A DNA stretch of 64,000 nt. Origin: an uncultured Acidobacteriota bacterium (GTDB taxonomy: Bacteria; Acidobacteriota; Terriglobia; Versatilivoradales; Versatilivoraceae). A program made the translations under genes and the position numbers. Location of the stretch: positions 99,603-163,602 of the forward strand of contig CAWDMN010000059.1 of assembly GCA_963803155.1 (NCBI GenBank), written 5' to 3'. Below, piece after piece: positions 49,388 to 60,600 of this stretch; position 1 is the first letter of the stretch; each line of letters starts with the position of its first letter. The notes beneath the pieces were generated by a model. That model was not told the origin of the DNA. It made no database searches and worked only from the letters and a program-made list of their open reading frames with translations.

Positions 49388-50161
49388 ATGGAATATCGCA
49401 ATATTCAAATCACTCGCGAAGACCCGATCGCTATTGTGCGCTTGAGCCGTCCTGGGGTGCACAATGCTTTGAATCTTAAAATGATGAGTGAATTGATGGA
49501 TGCCATGGAAGCACTGGATCGTGACGAATCGATTCGTTGCCTGGTGCTCACCGGCAATGAAAAAGCCTTCGCCTCGGGCGGCGATGTCAATGAATTAGCC
49601 GATAGCAGTGGGCTGGAGTTGATGCAATCGGAATTCCTTACCTGTTGGGATCGGATTGGACAGATTTCCAAACCTCTGATCGCGGCGGTTTGCGGGCACG
49701 CCCTGGGTGGTGGATTTGAATTGGTACTCCTATGCGATATCGTGATTGCCGGGGAAAATGCCCGTTTCGGAATACCCGAGCTTTCTCTGGGCGTTATTCC
49801 GGGCGCGGGAGGGACCCAGCGGCTTGCCCGTCTCTTGGGAAAGCATCGCACCTTGGAAATCCTTTTTACTGGTCGGAGGCTCAACGCGCTGGAAGCAGTC
49901 CAGATCGGCATTGCCAATCGAGTGGCGCCGGTGGAGATTTGCCTGGATATTGCACGGGAGTTGGCTCACGAGATTTCCCATAAAGCGCCTCTTGCCGTTA
50001 AACTCGCCAAACAATCCGTTCTAAAAGCTTACGATACAAGCTTGCGCGAGGGGATCGATTTCGAAAGGAAATGCTTCTACCTCCTCTGCACTTCGGAAGA
50101 CAAACGGGAAGGTATGCGGGCTTTCCTGGAAAAGAGGAAACCGGATTTTACGGGAGGGTGA
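49388..50161 (+). CDS. Enoyl-CoA hydratase/isomerase (crotonase-family) protein
   Basis: VLTGNEKAFASGGDVNEL and LIAAVCGHALGGGFELVLLCDIVIAGENARFGIPE are crotonase oxyanion-hole segments. 257 aa. Confidence 0.8.
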   Translation: MEYRNIQITREDPIAIVRLSRPGVHNALNLKMMSELMDAMEALDRDESIRCLVLTGNEKAFASGGDVNELADSSGLELMQSEFLTCWDRIGQISKPLIAAVCGHALGGGFELVLLCDIVIAGENARFGIPELSLGVIPGAGGTQRLARLLGKHRTLEILFTGRRLNALEAVQIGIANRVAPVEICLDIARELAHEISHKAPLAVKLAKQSVLKAYDTSLREGIDFERKCFYLLCTSEDKREGMRAFLEKRKPDFTGG

Positions 50162-50387
50162 TGAATGCGGGTGTGAATTCAGCGCGGAAGAGACTTAAGA
50201 AGCCACTGAGGCACAGAGACACCGAGAGCGAATTGACAGATTGATAAACGATCCGGAAAACTTGTTGAGATGCTTTCTGGATGGGAGTTTTAACGGGATT
50301 GAACTTATTTTCATTTTTCTTGGGCGGGGGGTGGGGAGAGACAATTCGTATAGTTTGTAATTCCGTCACCGTTCCCTTTTTTATTTT

Positions 50388-51374
50388 TTGACCGCTATGA
50401 AAATGTCTTTTCTTTTTTTTAACACGGAAAAATATTTCGTTGTCTTGATGGCTATAGGATCCATTCTATCCTTGACTGGCTGTGGACCGGCCCCGAAGGT
50501 GGACCAAGCCCCGCGCGGCAGCAGCGTTTATCCCATTCGCTACGATTACAATGTCGATGGGGAAATCTGGCTCAAGAATTCCGGGATTCAGCTGCGTTTC
50601 GACCGTGACATGTATTGCCGGGTATTCCAGCGTAAAAATGAAAAACTCTATTCCATAAACGATATACCTCCTTACGAGGAAAAAGCCAAGCCTCCTGATT
50701 TCTTGCTGGTCAAAGGGAAAGAGATCAGAAATTTCCTGGTCGATTACCAAGACATTGGGGCTTCGGAAATGAAGACACAGCTTGGCGTCAGCAAGCGGTT
50801 CAATCTGACCGGATATGCCAAAACTGAAGATGGGGCCTCTCTGCGCAAAAATCTGAAGATTGATTTTTATCAGGAGTTCCCGGAAGTTGCTCTTCTCAGC
50901 GTCAGCTACAAGAATTTGGATCCTCAGCGAGCGGTTTTCATCAACCGTTTCTACAGCGGCTTTTACCGAATGGATGCCGCCAGGGGTCAAGCCGGCGCCC
51001 CTGGATACCTTTTTCAGAGCATGTTTGGCGCTGCCGCACGGGTGCAATCGCTTACTGAAAGCTTCTCCATAAAAAAAGAAATGACGGGCGCTCAAGCTGA
51101 AGGCCAAATGCCTTTGATTGATTTGTGGGGCGGCCTGATGGGCATGGCCGTGGGCATTTTCCCTGAAGAGAAGCAACAAATGACACTCATTCTCCAGGTC
51201 GCTCCAGACAAGCGTGCGGAGATGGGATTGGGCTTGAATTTTGAAAAGGAATTGAAGCCGGGCGAGACCTACATACTCCCCCGGGCTTTTTTGATGGTCC
51301 ACAGCGGAAACTTTGCCGCGGCTTTAAAGTTATACAATCAGTTGCGTGAAGAATCGAGTGCCAGCCACCCATAG
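50388..51374 (+). CDS. Hypothetical lipoprotein
   Basis: Signal plus lipobox LSLTGCGP. No recognised domain. Confidence 0.4.
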   Translation: MTAMKMSFLFFNTEKYFVVLMAIGSILSLTGCGPAPKVDQAPRGSSVYPIRYDYNVDGEIWLKNSGIQLRFDRDMYCRVFQRKNEKLYSINDIPPYEEKAKPPDFLLVKGKEIRNFLVDYQDIGASEMKTQLGVSKRFNLTGYAKTEDGASLRKNLKIDFYQEFPEVALLSVSYKNLDPQRAVFINRFYSGFYRMDAARGQAGAPGYLFQSMFGAAARVQSLTESFSIKKEMTGAQAEGQMPLIDLWGGLMGMAVGIFPEEKQQMTLILQVAPDKRAEMGLGLNFEKELKPGETYILPRAFLMVHSGNFAAALKLYNQLREESSASHP

Positions 51375-51382
51375 GCCACGAT

Positions 51383-53542
51383 TTGTCTCCGCTTGTGCGG
51401 AACGGTCACTACAGGCCTTCTCAAGCAGGGGAAGGATTCGTGGCACACGAACCCACGGATTTCGTGCCTTGCCAAAACCTGACAATTCCAAAGAGAGACC
51501 GAGAGGGAGGATCGTGCTTGAATCTTAAAGATCAATCCAATCCCAGTTCACTTCCTGAAAACGCCTACATCCCGCTGCAAGCAGGGGAAACTTACAGACC
51601 GCTGGTCACAGCCGAAAAAAAAATCCCCGAACTGACTCCCCGTTCCATTTTTTGGGGTCTTTCCCTTTGCATTATTTTCACGGTGGCTTCAGCGTATTCG
51701 GGGCTGAAAGTCGGCCAGGTGATGGAAGCGGCCATTCCGATTTCGATTCTGGCCATCGGCATGGCAAGGATTTATCGCCGCCGTTCCAGCCTGCTGGAGA
51801 ATGTCATTATTACCAGCATAGGCGGCACGGCCGGCAGCGTAGTAGCCGGGGCCATCTTCACATTGCCCGCCCTTTACATCCTGAAACTGGATCCTCATCC
51901 TTTACAGACGGTTTTTATCTGCATTGCCGGAGGCTGTCTCGGGGTACTCTTCATCATTCCCCTGCGCCGTTATTTTGTCCGGGAAATGCACGGCAAATTT
52001 CCTTATCCGGAGGCCACCGCAATCACTGAAGTGCTGGTCACCGGAGAAAAGGGTGGGTCCCAGGCCATGCTGCTTCTGCAGGCCACGGCTATAGCCGGAA
52101 TCTACGATTTTTTTGTGACCACCTTTCAAGTTTGGAAGGAATTTATCGATCTGCAATTTGTGCCGATAATGCGCGATTTGGCCGTGAAAGCCAAGATGGC
52201 GGCCAGCTTCGATGCTGTGGCCTTTATTCTGGGGCTGGGCTACGTCATGGGTTTGCGCTCTTCCATGATCCTCTGTGCGGGAGGCGTTCTCTCCAATTTT
52301 GTTTTGGTCCCCTTGATTTGGATGATCGGCAGCCATCTGCCGGATACCGCTGTTTATCCAGCCGCAGCCTCAATTGCGGGGATGACCGCCAACCAGATTT
52401 TCCGGAGCTACGTTCGCTTTATCGGAGTGGGCGCCATCGCCACGGCCGGCATTTTCGGGATCGTCAAATCGCTCAAAATTGTGGCCAGCTCTTTTGCGGT
52501 CGCCGCGCGCACCTTTCGCAAGGAGAGCCGGGTGGATAATCCACGCACGGATCTCGATATCTCCACTTTTTCCACATTGCTCGGAGTGATCTTGAGCGCT
52601 CTCGCCATTGCCTTTTTCTTTGGAAGCTTAAAAGTTTCCTGGATCGTTCTGGCAATCGGAGTGGCGCTGGCCGTCGGCTTCTCGTTCTTTTTTGCCTCCG
52701 TTGCCGCCAATGCCATTGCCACCACGGCGCGGAATCCGGTGTCGGGCATGACCATGCTGACCATCATCATCTCTTCCGTGGTGCTGCTGAATTTCGGCTT
52801 AAGCGGATCCACCGGGATGTTCTTCGTCATGGCCATTGCGGGAATGGTCTGCACAGCTTTATCCGTATCGGGCCAAACTATTACTGATTTCAAAACCGGC
52901 TACTGGCTGGGCTCCACGCCGGCGGCCCAGGAAAAGGTAAAATTTTGGGGAGTGATTGCCTCCGCCACGGCGGCGGGACTCGCCATAGTTTTGCTGGCCA
53001 AAGCTTTTCAATTCGGCGAATCCGCGCCGGGCGATGTCCGGACTGTCCTGGCCGCTCCACAGGCCTCCATTATGAAGGCCTTGGTGGAGGGCTTTATGAG
53101 CCGGCAACCGGTCGCATCATTGTTGTTTGGCGCAGGAGCCATGGTTTCTATCATCATGGAAATGCTCGGGGTCCCGGCATTGATTTTTGCGCTGGGCATG
53201 TATCTTCCACTCGAACTGAATACTCCAGCCCTGGTGGGGGGATTCCTCTCCTACCTGGTCATCCGAAAATCAGAAAAAGAGAAACCAGAGGCGGGCCGGA
53301 CTTTGCGGGAGCGCGGAGTAATCATCGCGTCAGGCTTCATGGCTGGCGGAGCTTTGGGTGGAGTCATCGGGGCCGCCTTGCGGTTATTCCCCTGGTACGC
53401 CGAAGACAAGATCAAGACCCCCTTTTATGACAACGAGCCAGTATCGCAGACTGTCTCTCTTTGCCTGTTTATTGGGCTGTGTCTTTATCTCTGGTTCACG
53501 ACACAACGGGGGAAAGCGATAAGATTGAAGGATGAGGGATGA
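51383..53542 (+). CDS. OPT-family oligopeptide transporter
   Basis: About 700 aa with 14-16 predicted TM helices. Gly/Ala-rich TM segments and size are typical of bacterial OPT-superfamily transporters. The C-terminus overlaps the (GGATGAG)n repeat. Confidence 0.6.
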   Translation: MSPLVRNGHYRPSQAGEGFVAHEPTDFVPCQNLTIPKRDREGGSCLNLKDQSNPSSLPENAYIPLQAGETYRPLVTAEKKIPELTPRSIFWGLSLCIIFTVASAYSGLKVGQVMEAAIPISILAIGMARIYRRRSSLLENVIITSIGGTAGSVVAGAIFTLPALYILKLDPHPLQTVFICIAGGCLGVLFIIPLRRYFVREMHGKFPYPEATAITEVLVTGEKGGSQAMLLLQATAIAGIYDFFVTTFQVWKEFIDLQFVPIMRDLAVKAKMAASFDAVAFILGLGYVMGLRSSMILCAGGVLSNFVLVPLIWMIGSHLPDTAVYPAAASIAGMTANQIFRSYVRFIGVGAIATAGIFGIVKSLKIVASSFAVAARTFRKESRVDNPRTDLDISTFSTLLGVILSALAIAFFFGSLKVSWIVLAIGVALAVGFSFFFASVAANAIATTARNPVSGMTMLTIIISSVVLLNFGLSGSTGMFFVMAIAGMVCTALSVSGQTITDFKTGYWLGSTPAAQEKVKFWGVIASATAAGLAIVLLAKAFQFGESAPGDVRTVLAAPQASIMKALVEGFMSRQPVASLLFGAGAMVSIIMEMLGVPALIFALGMYLPLELNTPALVGGFLSYLVIRKSEKEKPEAGRTLRERGVIIASGFMAGGALGGVIGAALRLFPWYAEDKIKTPFYDNEPVSQTVSLCLFIGLCLYLWFTTQRGKAIRLKDEG

Positions 53543-53640
53543 GGGATAGAGGATGAAGGCAAAAAGCTGAACGCTGATTGCTGAAAGCTGAAAGCTTCCT
53601 CGTCACTATCCACTATCCACTATTCACCATTCACTTGTCA
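53520..53640. repeat. Composite microsatellite: (GGATGAR)n followed by gctgaaagc and cactatcca/cattcac short repeats
   Basis: gaaggatgagggatgagggatagaggatgaagg ... gctgaaagctgaaagc ... cactatccactatccactattcaccattcac. Related to the blocks at 48174-48544. Confidence 0.85.
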
Positions 53641-53657
53641 CTAAACGGAGATCTACC

Positions 53658-54998
53658 ATGCAAAGAATCGATCATCTGATTGCCACTGCAATCATAGGCC
53701 TTGACACCCTGTGGGGAGGCGATGTCATGCATCCGTCCGGAACAGGCCGATTTATTGCGGATTGCTGGTTTTCCGACGAGCCTTTGCCGGAAGCTTATAC
53801 TCACCCAACCGCGGTGGAACTGCGCGGCAACGGCGGAGTCTCAGCCTCTCAGCTCGATCGGGGGGCTATTGAATCCTACCTTCAACATGTCAATGTTTCC
53901 CAAGCCATTGAGGAGTTGAAGGAGGCTGCTCAATCTTTGAAAAATCAGCGTGGTGAATATCTTGCCGGCCTGGCAAATTGCCTGGGAATCATGTATGCCC
54001 TGGCGCTGGAAATCCTCGGACTCGGCGATCCCGTCCCTTACCAGCAATGTGTAAAAACGGTCACGGGGCAAAATCCCTCCCCCTCCGAGCCCGGCGAGAA
54101 GCGGCGAAGAGTGTTGCAGCTATTAAATAAGGCCGGTTATCCGGCCGATGAAGGTCCCTCACTCCTCGATGCAGTCGAGGCTTGGCGAAAGACTCGTTTG
54201 GTCCCTGCTCCTTGCATTCCGGCCTTGGGCGATGCATTTATTGCCCTGTTTGATAGCTTCACGGTCAAGAATCTTATCCCCTATCTCCCAGTAGAATTCC
54301 ATCCCGTTCCCCGGGCCAACATTAAATTTTTTTCCATCAAAGATGCCTGGTTTTCCGGTTCGATGAATTATCTGGGACACGCCAGGAAATCCGACGGCAG
54401 TCCGGAATATGAAGCCACTTATGAATTGAATGCCTCCTTGCAAATTTCCATCCCCGAATTTGAACAACTGGTGTCTCATGAAGTAGTGCCAGGGCATGTC
54501 ACCACGTTTGCCTTTCTTCAAAACCTATACTTCCGGAAATTGGTGGGGTTTGAAGCATCGGTCCTCACCATGAACACCCGGGCCTCCGCTCTGTTTGAGG
54601 GAATTGCCAATAATGCGATTCTAATGGCGTACGGGGTTGAAGATGTCGCGGATTTGCCCGATCCAGACCTGCAGATTGGAGTCTTGTTAGTTCTTCTTCA
54701 AGATGATGCCAAAAATCAGGCTTCTTATCTGACTTGGAACAAGGGATGGGAAAAAGCGGCGGTGGCTCATACTCTAAGAAATGAATTCCTGGTTTCGGCG
54801 GAACGGGCCGACAAGCTCTCGGGCGCTTGGGGAAGGCATCCGCTTCTCGGGCGAATGTATCTGCCGGCCTATCGAGCGGGGACTGAAGTGGTGGCCGCGC
54901 TCAGGAAAAAGCATCTGCCGGAAAAGCTCATCCCTGCCTTGTTTGGTTGTGAAGGGTTGCAGGACATCGTCACAATCCAGCACCGATTTCCAATTTGA
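53658..54998 (+). CDS. Hypothetical protein, possibly a DUF885-like putative metallopeptidase
   Basis: HEVVPGHVTTFAFLQ resembles the HE..PGHH.Q motif of DUF885 proteins. 446 aa. Low certainty. Confidence 0.3.
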   Translation: MQRIDHLIATAIIGLDTLWGGDVMHPSGTGRFIADCWFSDEPLPEAYTHPTAVELRGNGGVSASQLDRGAIESYLQHVNVSQAIEELKEAAQSLKNQRGEYLAGLANCLGIMYALALEILGLGDPVPYQQCVKTVTGQNPSPSEPGEKRRRVLQLLNKAGYPADEGPSLLDAVEAWRKTRLVPAPCIPALGDAFIALFDSFTVKNLIPYLPVEFHPVPRANIKFFSIKDAWFSGSMNYLGHARKSDGSPEYEATYELNASLQISIPEFEQLVSHEVVPGHVTTFAFLQNLYFRKLVGFEASVLTMNTRASALFEGIANNAILMAYGVEDVADLPDPDLQIGVLLVLLQDDAKNQASYLTWNKGWEKAAVAHTLRNEFLVSAERADKLSGAWGRHPLLGRMYLPAYRAGTEVVAALRKKHLPEKLIPALFGCEGLQDIVTIQHRFPI

Positions 54999-55645
54999 TT
55001 TCAGGCAAAATTTTGATCCTCCTCCAGTCAATCCCAATCGCGGAATTGTGCAGGCATAATACAGATGCTGCCCGGCCACTGGCGGAGCGCGCACGTTTGA
55101 TAATTCTCTGTTTGAGATTTATTCCTTAAAGCTGATTAAGGGCAATCTAAAGTTGAAATACCAATAATCTTATTTTTTGGAGTAGCCAGATGAGAATCTT
55201 TCTCCAGACGCCCTCTTTGATGCCCGTTCATTGAATAGCCAACAAACTCTCCGTGCCTCTGTGTCTCAGTGGCATTTCTGGTGTTTTGCCATTAAAACAC
55301 AGGGACTTTCCCGAAGCTCCCACGACCCTGCATATCTAGTCTCTGATTCAAGATCAAGGGATCCGTCTACGTACACACATTCATTGGGTGTTATGTCGGC
55401 TGGCAGGCTTATTCCAAGGAGCGTTCAAGATGAGACTAATCCATCCACGATTGATTTGAAGTCTAAACTCATCATACAGGTTCCCGCTCGCACTTCGACA
55501 AGCTCAGTACGAGCGGAGGTTGGAATGCCGCTCATCCTGAGCCTGTCGAAGGATGAGCGAAATCAGGGGATGGACTCCCTGTGGTGGATCGAAGCAACAG
55601 ACTCATCATGAAAGCTCATTGGAATTAAGCATTAAGCACAGGTGA

Positions 55646-57176
55646 TTATAATTCGCAATAGAGTCCGTCATTGGTAAGGTTTCGACAAGGCTGGCGCCAT
55701 TCGACACCTTCCTGAGCCAAAAATTCATCTGATTCTTTCGGCCCCCAGGTGCCAGCCGGATAGCCATAGAGCTTTGAATTGGAGCTCTCATTCCACCCCT
55801 GCAAAATGGGAGTCACAATCTTCCAACAGGCTTCCACCGCGTCTCCACGCGCATAAAGAGTGGAATCCCCATTCATGCAATCCAGCAGCAACCGCTCATA
55901 AGCGGTAGGCAAATGAACTTCGGTCAAATCCGAATAATGAAAATCCATCCCCACGGTTTTGACCTGGAACCCAGCCCCCGGAAGTTTCATTCCGAACTTC
56001 AAGAGGATGCCTTCATCCGGCTGGATTCTCAATATCAGTTGATTGGCCTCGATGGGAACTTGATCGGCTCCCCCAAACAGGCAGTGGGGAGTATACTTAA
56101 AATGAATCACCACTTCGGTCACCCGGGTTGGCAGGCGCTTCCCGGCCCGCACGTAAAATGGGATGCCGCCCCAGCGCCAGTTGTCCAGCATCAGTTTCAC
56201 CATGGCATAAGTTTCGGTCCGGGAATCTTGGGGGACTCCTTTTTCCTCTCGATATCCGGGAACTGATTCCCCCCGCAAGCGCGATGTCATGTATTGTCCG
56301 CGCACGGAATATTTTTCCACTTCTTCCGCGGAGACCAATCGAACCGCTTGGAAAACCTTCAGGGTCTCGTTGCGAACCGAATCTGAATCAAAGCTGGCTG
56401 GCGGTTCCATGGCCACCATCGCCAACACCTGCAGTAAGTGGTTCTGGACCATATCCCGCAAGGCTCCGGCACCGTCATAGTATTGTCCACGGCCTTCCAC
56501 CCCCAGATTTTCAGCGGAGGTAATTTCCACGTGGTGGATATAATTGCGATTCCAAAGAGGCTCAAAGATTCCGTTGGAAAACCGAAAGAACCAATAGATT
56601 TTGGACTGTCTCCTTTCCGAGATAATGGTCTATACGGTAAATTTGGTCTTCTTCAAAATATTTCCGCAAATGCAGGTTAAGGGCCTGGGCGGAAGCCAAG
56701 TCATACCCAAAGGGTTTCTCCACAATGAGGCGTCGCCAGTTCCCCTCCTCCCGATGCAGACCACTGGCAGCCAAACCATCCGCGGCAATCATGTACAAAC
56801 TCGGGGGAGTGGCCAGATAGAAGAGATAATTCCCGCCGGTCAACTTAGTCTCATCTAAACGCCGCAACCGTTCCGCAAGCTGCTGATAAGCCGCGGGAGC
56901 GCCGGTATCCAGGGTTTGAAAAAACAAACTTCCAATAAAAGCATCCAACAATTGTGTGTCAACTGGCTGATGCTCGCTGAACCGGGAGACCGCTTCCACC
57001 ATCATCGCGCGAAACGAGTCATCCGTCATGGGCGAGCGTCCGACACCGAGCACACTAAAACCAGCCGGGAATTGCCGCAGCCGGTAGAGTTCAAAAAGGG
57101 CCGGCAGGAGTTTCCGCTTGGCGAGATCCCCCGAAGCTCCAAAAATTACCAGCAGGCATTTATTGGCAGTTTTCAT
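55646..57176 (-). pseudogene. zwf: Glucose-6-phosphate 1-dehydrogenase (zwf) split by a +1 T insertion into two ORFs (56562..57176 N-terminal part, 55646..56530 C-terminal part)
   Basis: N-terminal part has GASGDLAKRKLLPAL and RIDHYLGKE (G6PD signature). After ...NLLVL the frame must shift to read RF.NGIFEPLWNRNYIHHVEITSAENLGV..; the extra base is in the run ctttcgg (plus-strand aaa at 56584-56586). C-terminal part DMVQNHLLQ... Confidence 0.75.
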
Positions 57177-57687
57177 TTCATTTCCTCGGCAAAAAGGGAA
57201 AGGCTGAAATTATTTCCTACGGCAGCGGAATCCCAATCGAAGGACAAATGGGTACTTCAATTTTTAACAATAACAAACCCCGCCAATTTTCTCCAAGCGG
57301 CAACGGAGCGTGGGAATGATAATTTAGAAGGTGTAATTCAAAGTGCGGCAGGATAGAGAGTGTGCCGGATGATGGAATTCACGGGAGGGCGAGCCTCCCG
57401 CTTAAGCGGACTTCGCCTGGCGAGCCACTCTTATGTAGCAGCATCTCTACCCAGCTCGGTTCGGCGGGAGCCTCACCCTCCCGACTATTGCTCAGTTCAG
57501 CCGATCAACGCGAATGGTTCACCCTGTCGCACTTTAAATTGCACCTTAATTTGGGCATGAACTTGCTAAGTTCTCCGCATTTTTTGGGGTCAGATTGGAT
57601 GAGCTCATGTATGATTGACCTTACGCCGCGCTTCATCGCGAGCATGGATTCGACTGTTTTCATTCTTGATTCTGGTGGGACAACTTC

Positions 57688-60600
57688 ATGGCCGGCTTCC
57701 ACATTTACCACGGCAATTGCACGGAAAAGCTGGTGGATTGTTTGGCTGAGATTGTGTCGATTCCCCTTCTCGATCCCCTGGCGCCCGAGATCATCATGAT
57801 TCAAAGCCAGGGAATGGAAAAATGGCTCAACCGTGAACTCTCAAAACGGCTGGGAGTATGGGCCAATCCTTATTTCCCTTTTCCGAAGAAATTTACGGAA
57901 GACATTTTGCGCCTGGTTTTTCCGGATCGCCCCAATTCCAGTCAGTTCAATCCCGAAATGATGGCCTGGCGGTTGATGTCAACTCTTGTGGATGAGCGCC
58001 GGCTCGAACTGTTTGAGCCACTTTGGAACTATTTGGGTGAAGAGCGGGATTGTCTCAAGCTCTTTCAGCTTTCCCTAAAAATTGCCCTTCTATTCGACCA
58101 ATATTTGGTCTATCGTCCCGCCATGCTGCTGGATTGGGAAGCCGGACATGAAGAAAACTGGCAAGCGGGACTCTGGCGGCGGCTGACCACTGGGACTCCT
58201 GAATTTCACCGAGCCGTGGTTTTCGGCAAATTCCTGGACCTTGCTCAGGCTGGCCGTCTCAACTTGCCGGGACTGCCCGAACGCGTAAGTTTATTCGGCA
58301 TTTCCAGTCTGCCCCCGCTTTATCTCCAGTTTTTTTCCGCACTCGCAAACGAGATGGACGTCCATTTGTTTTTTCTGAATCCCTGTCAGGAATACTGGGG
58401 GGACCAGATTTCGGAAAAGGAGAAAGCGCGGCAGTTGAAGCGGCGGGGGGGGGACCGGCTCAAGCTGGAAGAGGAGTATTTCAGGACATCCAATTCCCTG
58501 CTCGCTTCCTGGGGAAGAAGTGGCAGAGACTATTTGAATCTCTTGATTGACCAGGGAGCCTCCTTTGATGACTCCCTTTTTGAGGAGCCAAGGGGCGAAA
58601 GTCTGCTGCAAGAATTGCAGAGCGACTTGTTGCATCTAAGGGAACAGTGTCTGGAAGTTCCACGCCGGAAAATTTTAGAGAGCGACCGCTCGCTTCAGGT
58701 TCATAGTTGCCACAGCCCACTCAGGGAGATGGAAATCCTGCAAGATCACCTTTGGGATATGTTTGAACAGTTGCCTGGACTGGAGCCCCATGACATTTTG
58801 GTCATGACGCCGGACATTGAGACTTATACTCCTTATATCCATGCGGTTTTTGGCGGGGGGCGGCCGGGGAGAACTCGAATTCCTTATGCGGTGGCTGATC
58901 GTCAATCGCGGCAGGAGAGTCCGATTATCACCGCTTTTTTAAAAATCCTCGAGTTGGCGCAGAGCCGTTTTGAAGCCTCCGCTGTTCTCTCTTTGCTCGA
59001 CAACCCCGCCATCCGGCGGCGTTTCGGCCTGGAGGCAGGGGATCTCGACAAGATTTATCGTTGGATCCGGGAAACCGGCATCCGTTGGGGTTTTGACGCC
59101 GCCGACCGCGAGCGGGCTGGAGTATCCCCTTTCGCGGAAAACAGCTGGCAATTCGGCTTGCAGCGGCTCTTTCTAGGATTTGCGCTTCGAGGAAACGGGG
59201 AGAAGCTGTTTGACGAGATCCTTCCGTTTGACGATATGGAGGGCGGCCAGAGTCTCCTGCTGGGGCGTTTTGTGGAATTCATCCAAGAACTGTTCCAGAC
59301 AGTGCGCGGCCTGGATCGGCAGAGACGCCTCGGGGAATGGGATGCTGAACTTTCCAGAATCCTCGGTCGTTTTTTTGCCCCGGACGATCAACTCGAAAGG
59401 GAATATCAGCTGATTCGATCTGCCCTGGAAGATCTCTCCCGCTTTCAAGATGAATGCTCCATGCAAATTCCACTCGACCTCCGGACGGTGCGGCACTGCC
59501 TGGAGCGGACGCTGGAAGCCCGTAGTCTGGGCTGGCTATTCCTATCGGGCGGAATAACCTTTTGCGCGTTGCTTCCCATGCGAAGCATTCCTTCGCGAGT
59601 CATTGCCATGGTGGGATTGAATCACGACACTTACCCACGCTCCAATCGGACGCTCGAATTTGATTTGATGGCCATCTCCCCCAAACCGGGCGACCATTCC
59701 CCGCGCGACGAAGATCGCGGGCTTTTTCTTGAAACCCTGATCTCAGCGAGGGAAAGGCTCTATCTGAGCTATTGTGGCCAAAATCCACGCGACAACAACG
59801 AAACGCCCCCTTCGGTCTGCATCGATGAGCTTCTGGATTATGTCCGGAAAAACTTCGATCCACCGGCTGGTTTCCAATCAACGGAGGCTTATCTGAAGGT
59901 GCAACACAGGCTCCAGCCTTTTAGTCCGGCTTATTTTTCAGGACTGCCGCGATTTTTCAGCTATTCGGAGGAGAATTGCCAGGCATTGCAGGCCCGGGCT
60001 TCCGCAATTTGGCAGCCGGTCCCTTTTGTAACACAGCCGCTTGAGGAGCCCAGTCCCGAATGGAAATTCATTCAATTGGAAGATTGTCTCCGCTTTTTTC
60101 GCGGTCCCGCTGAGTATTTCCTCAGAAATCGCCTGGGGATTGATCTGCGGCGGGAGAGGGAGCTTTTAGAAGACCGGGAGCCCTTTGAGTTGGACAGTCT
60201 CCAAGAGTATGTCCTCAAAGCTCAATTGCTGGAAGAGGCTCCGGAAAGTTCCGATTACGATCATCTTTTCGGTCTGGTTCGTCAGCAGGGCTTGCTTCCC
60301 ATCGGAACTCCCGGCCACGTGGCCTTGGGAAAAATCCGGCACAAAGTCACCCTCCTAAAGGCCAGGATTAAAAAACATCAACAGATCCCCGCGCTTCCTC
60401 CCCTGGAGATCGTTTTGGAGCTGAACGGTTTCAAAATTGCCGGCCGTTTGCCCAATTGTTGGAAATCCGGCCATCTGCGCTATCGGCCGGCATCCATAAA
60501 AGCCAAAGACCGGCTTTGCGCCTGGATTGAGCACTTGCTTTTGAATTGTCTGGCTCCGGCGGATTACCCGCGCCATTCCTTCCTGATCGGCGAGAAGGAA

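Noticed and set aside
55480-55580. Hairpin-rich segment (cgctcatcc..ggatgagcg; ccgctcg..cgagcgg) checked as a possible tRNA or small RNA
   Set aside because: No T-loop (GTTCRANYC) or acceptor/CCA geometry. The stems are short, with no promoter or terminator context. Probably ordinary intergenic secondary structure.
57177-57687. GC-rich hairpins (gggagggcgagcctccc etc.) in the zwf-recC divergent intergenic region, considered as an ncRNA
   Set aside because: No recognisable ncRNA family features. It is more simply the divergent promoter region.
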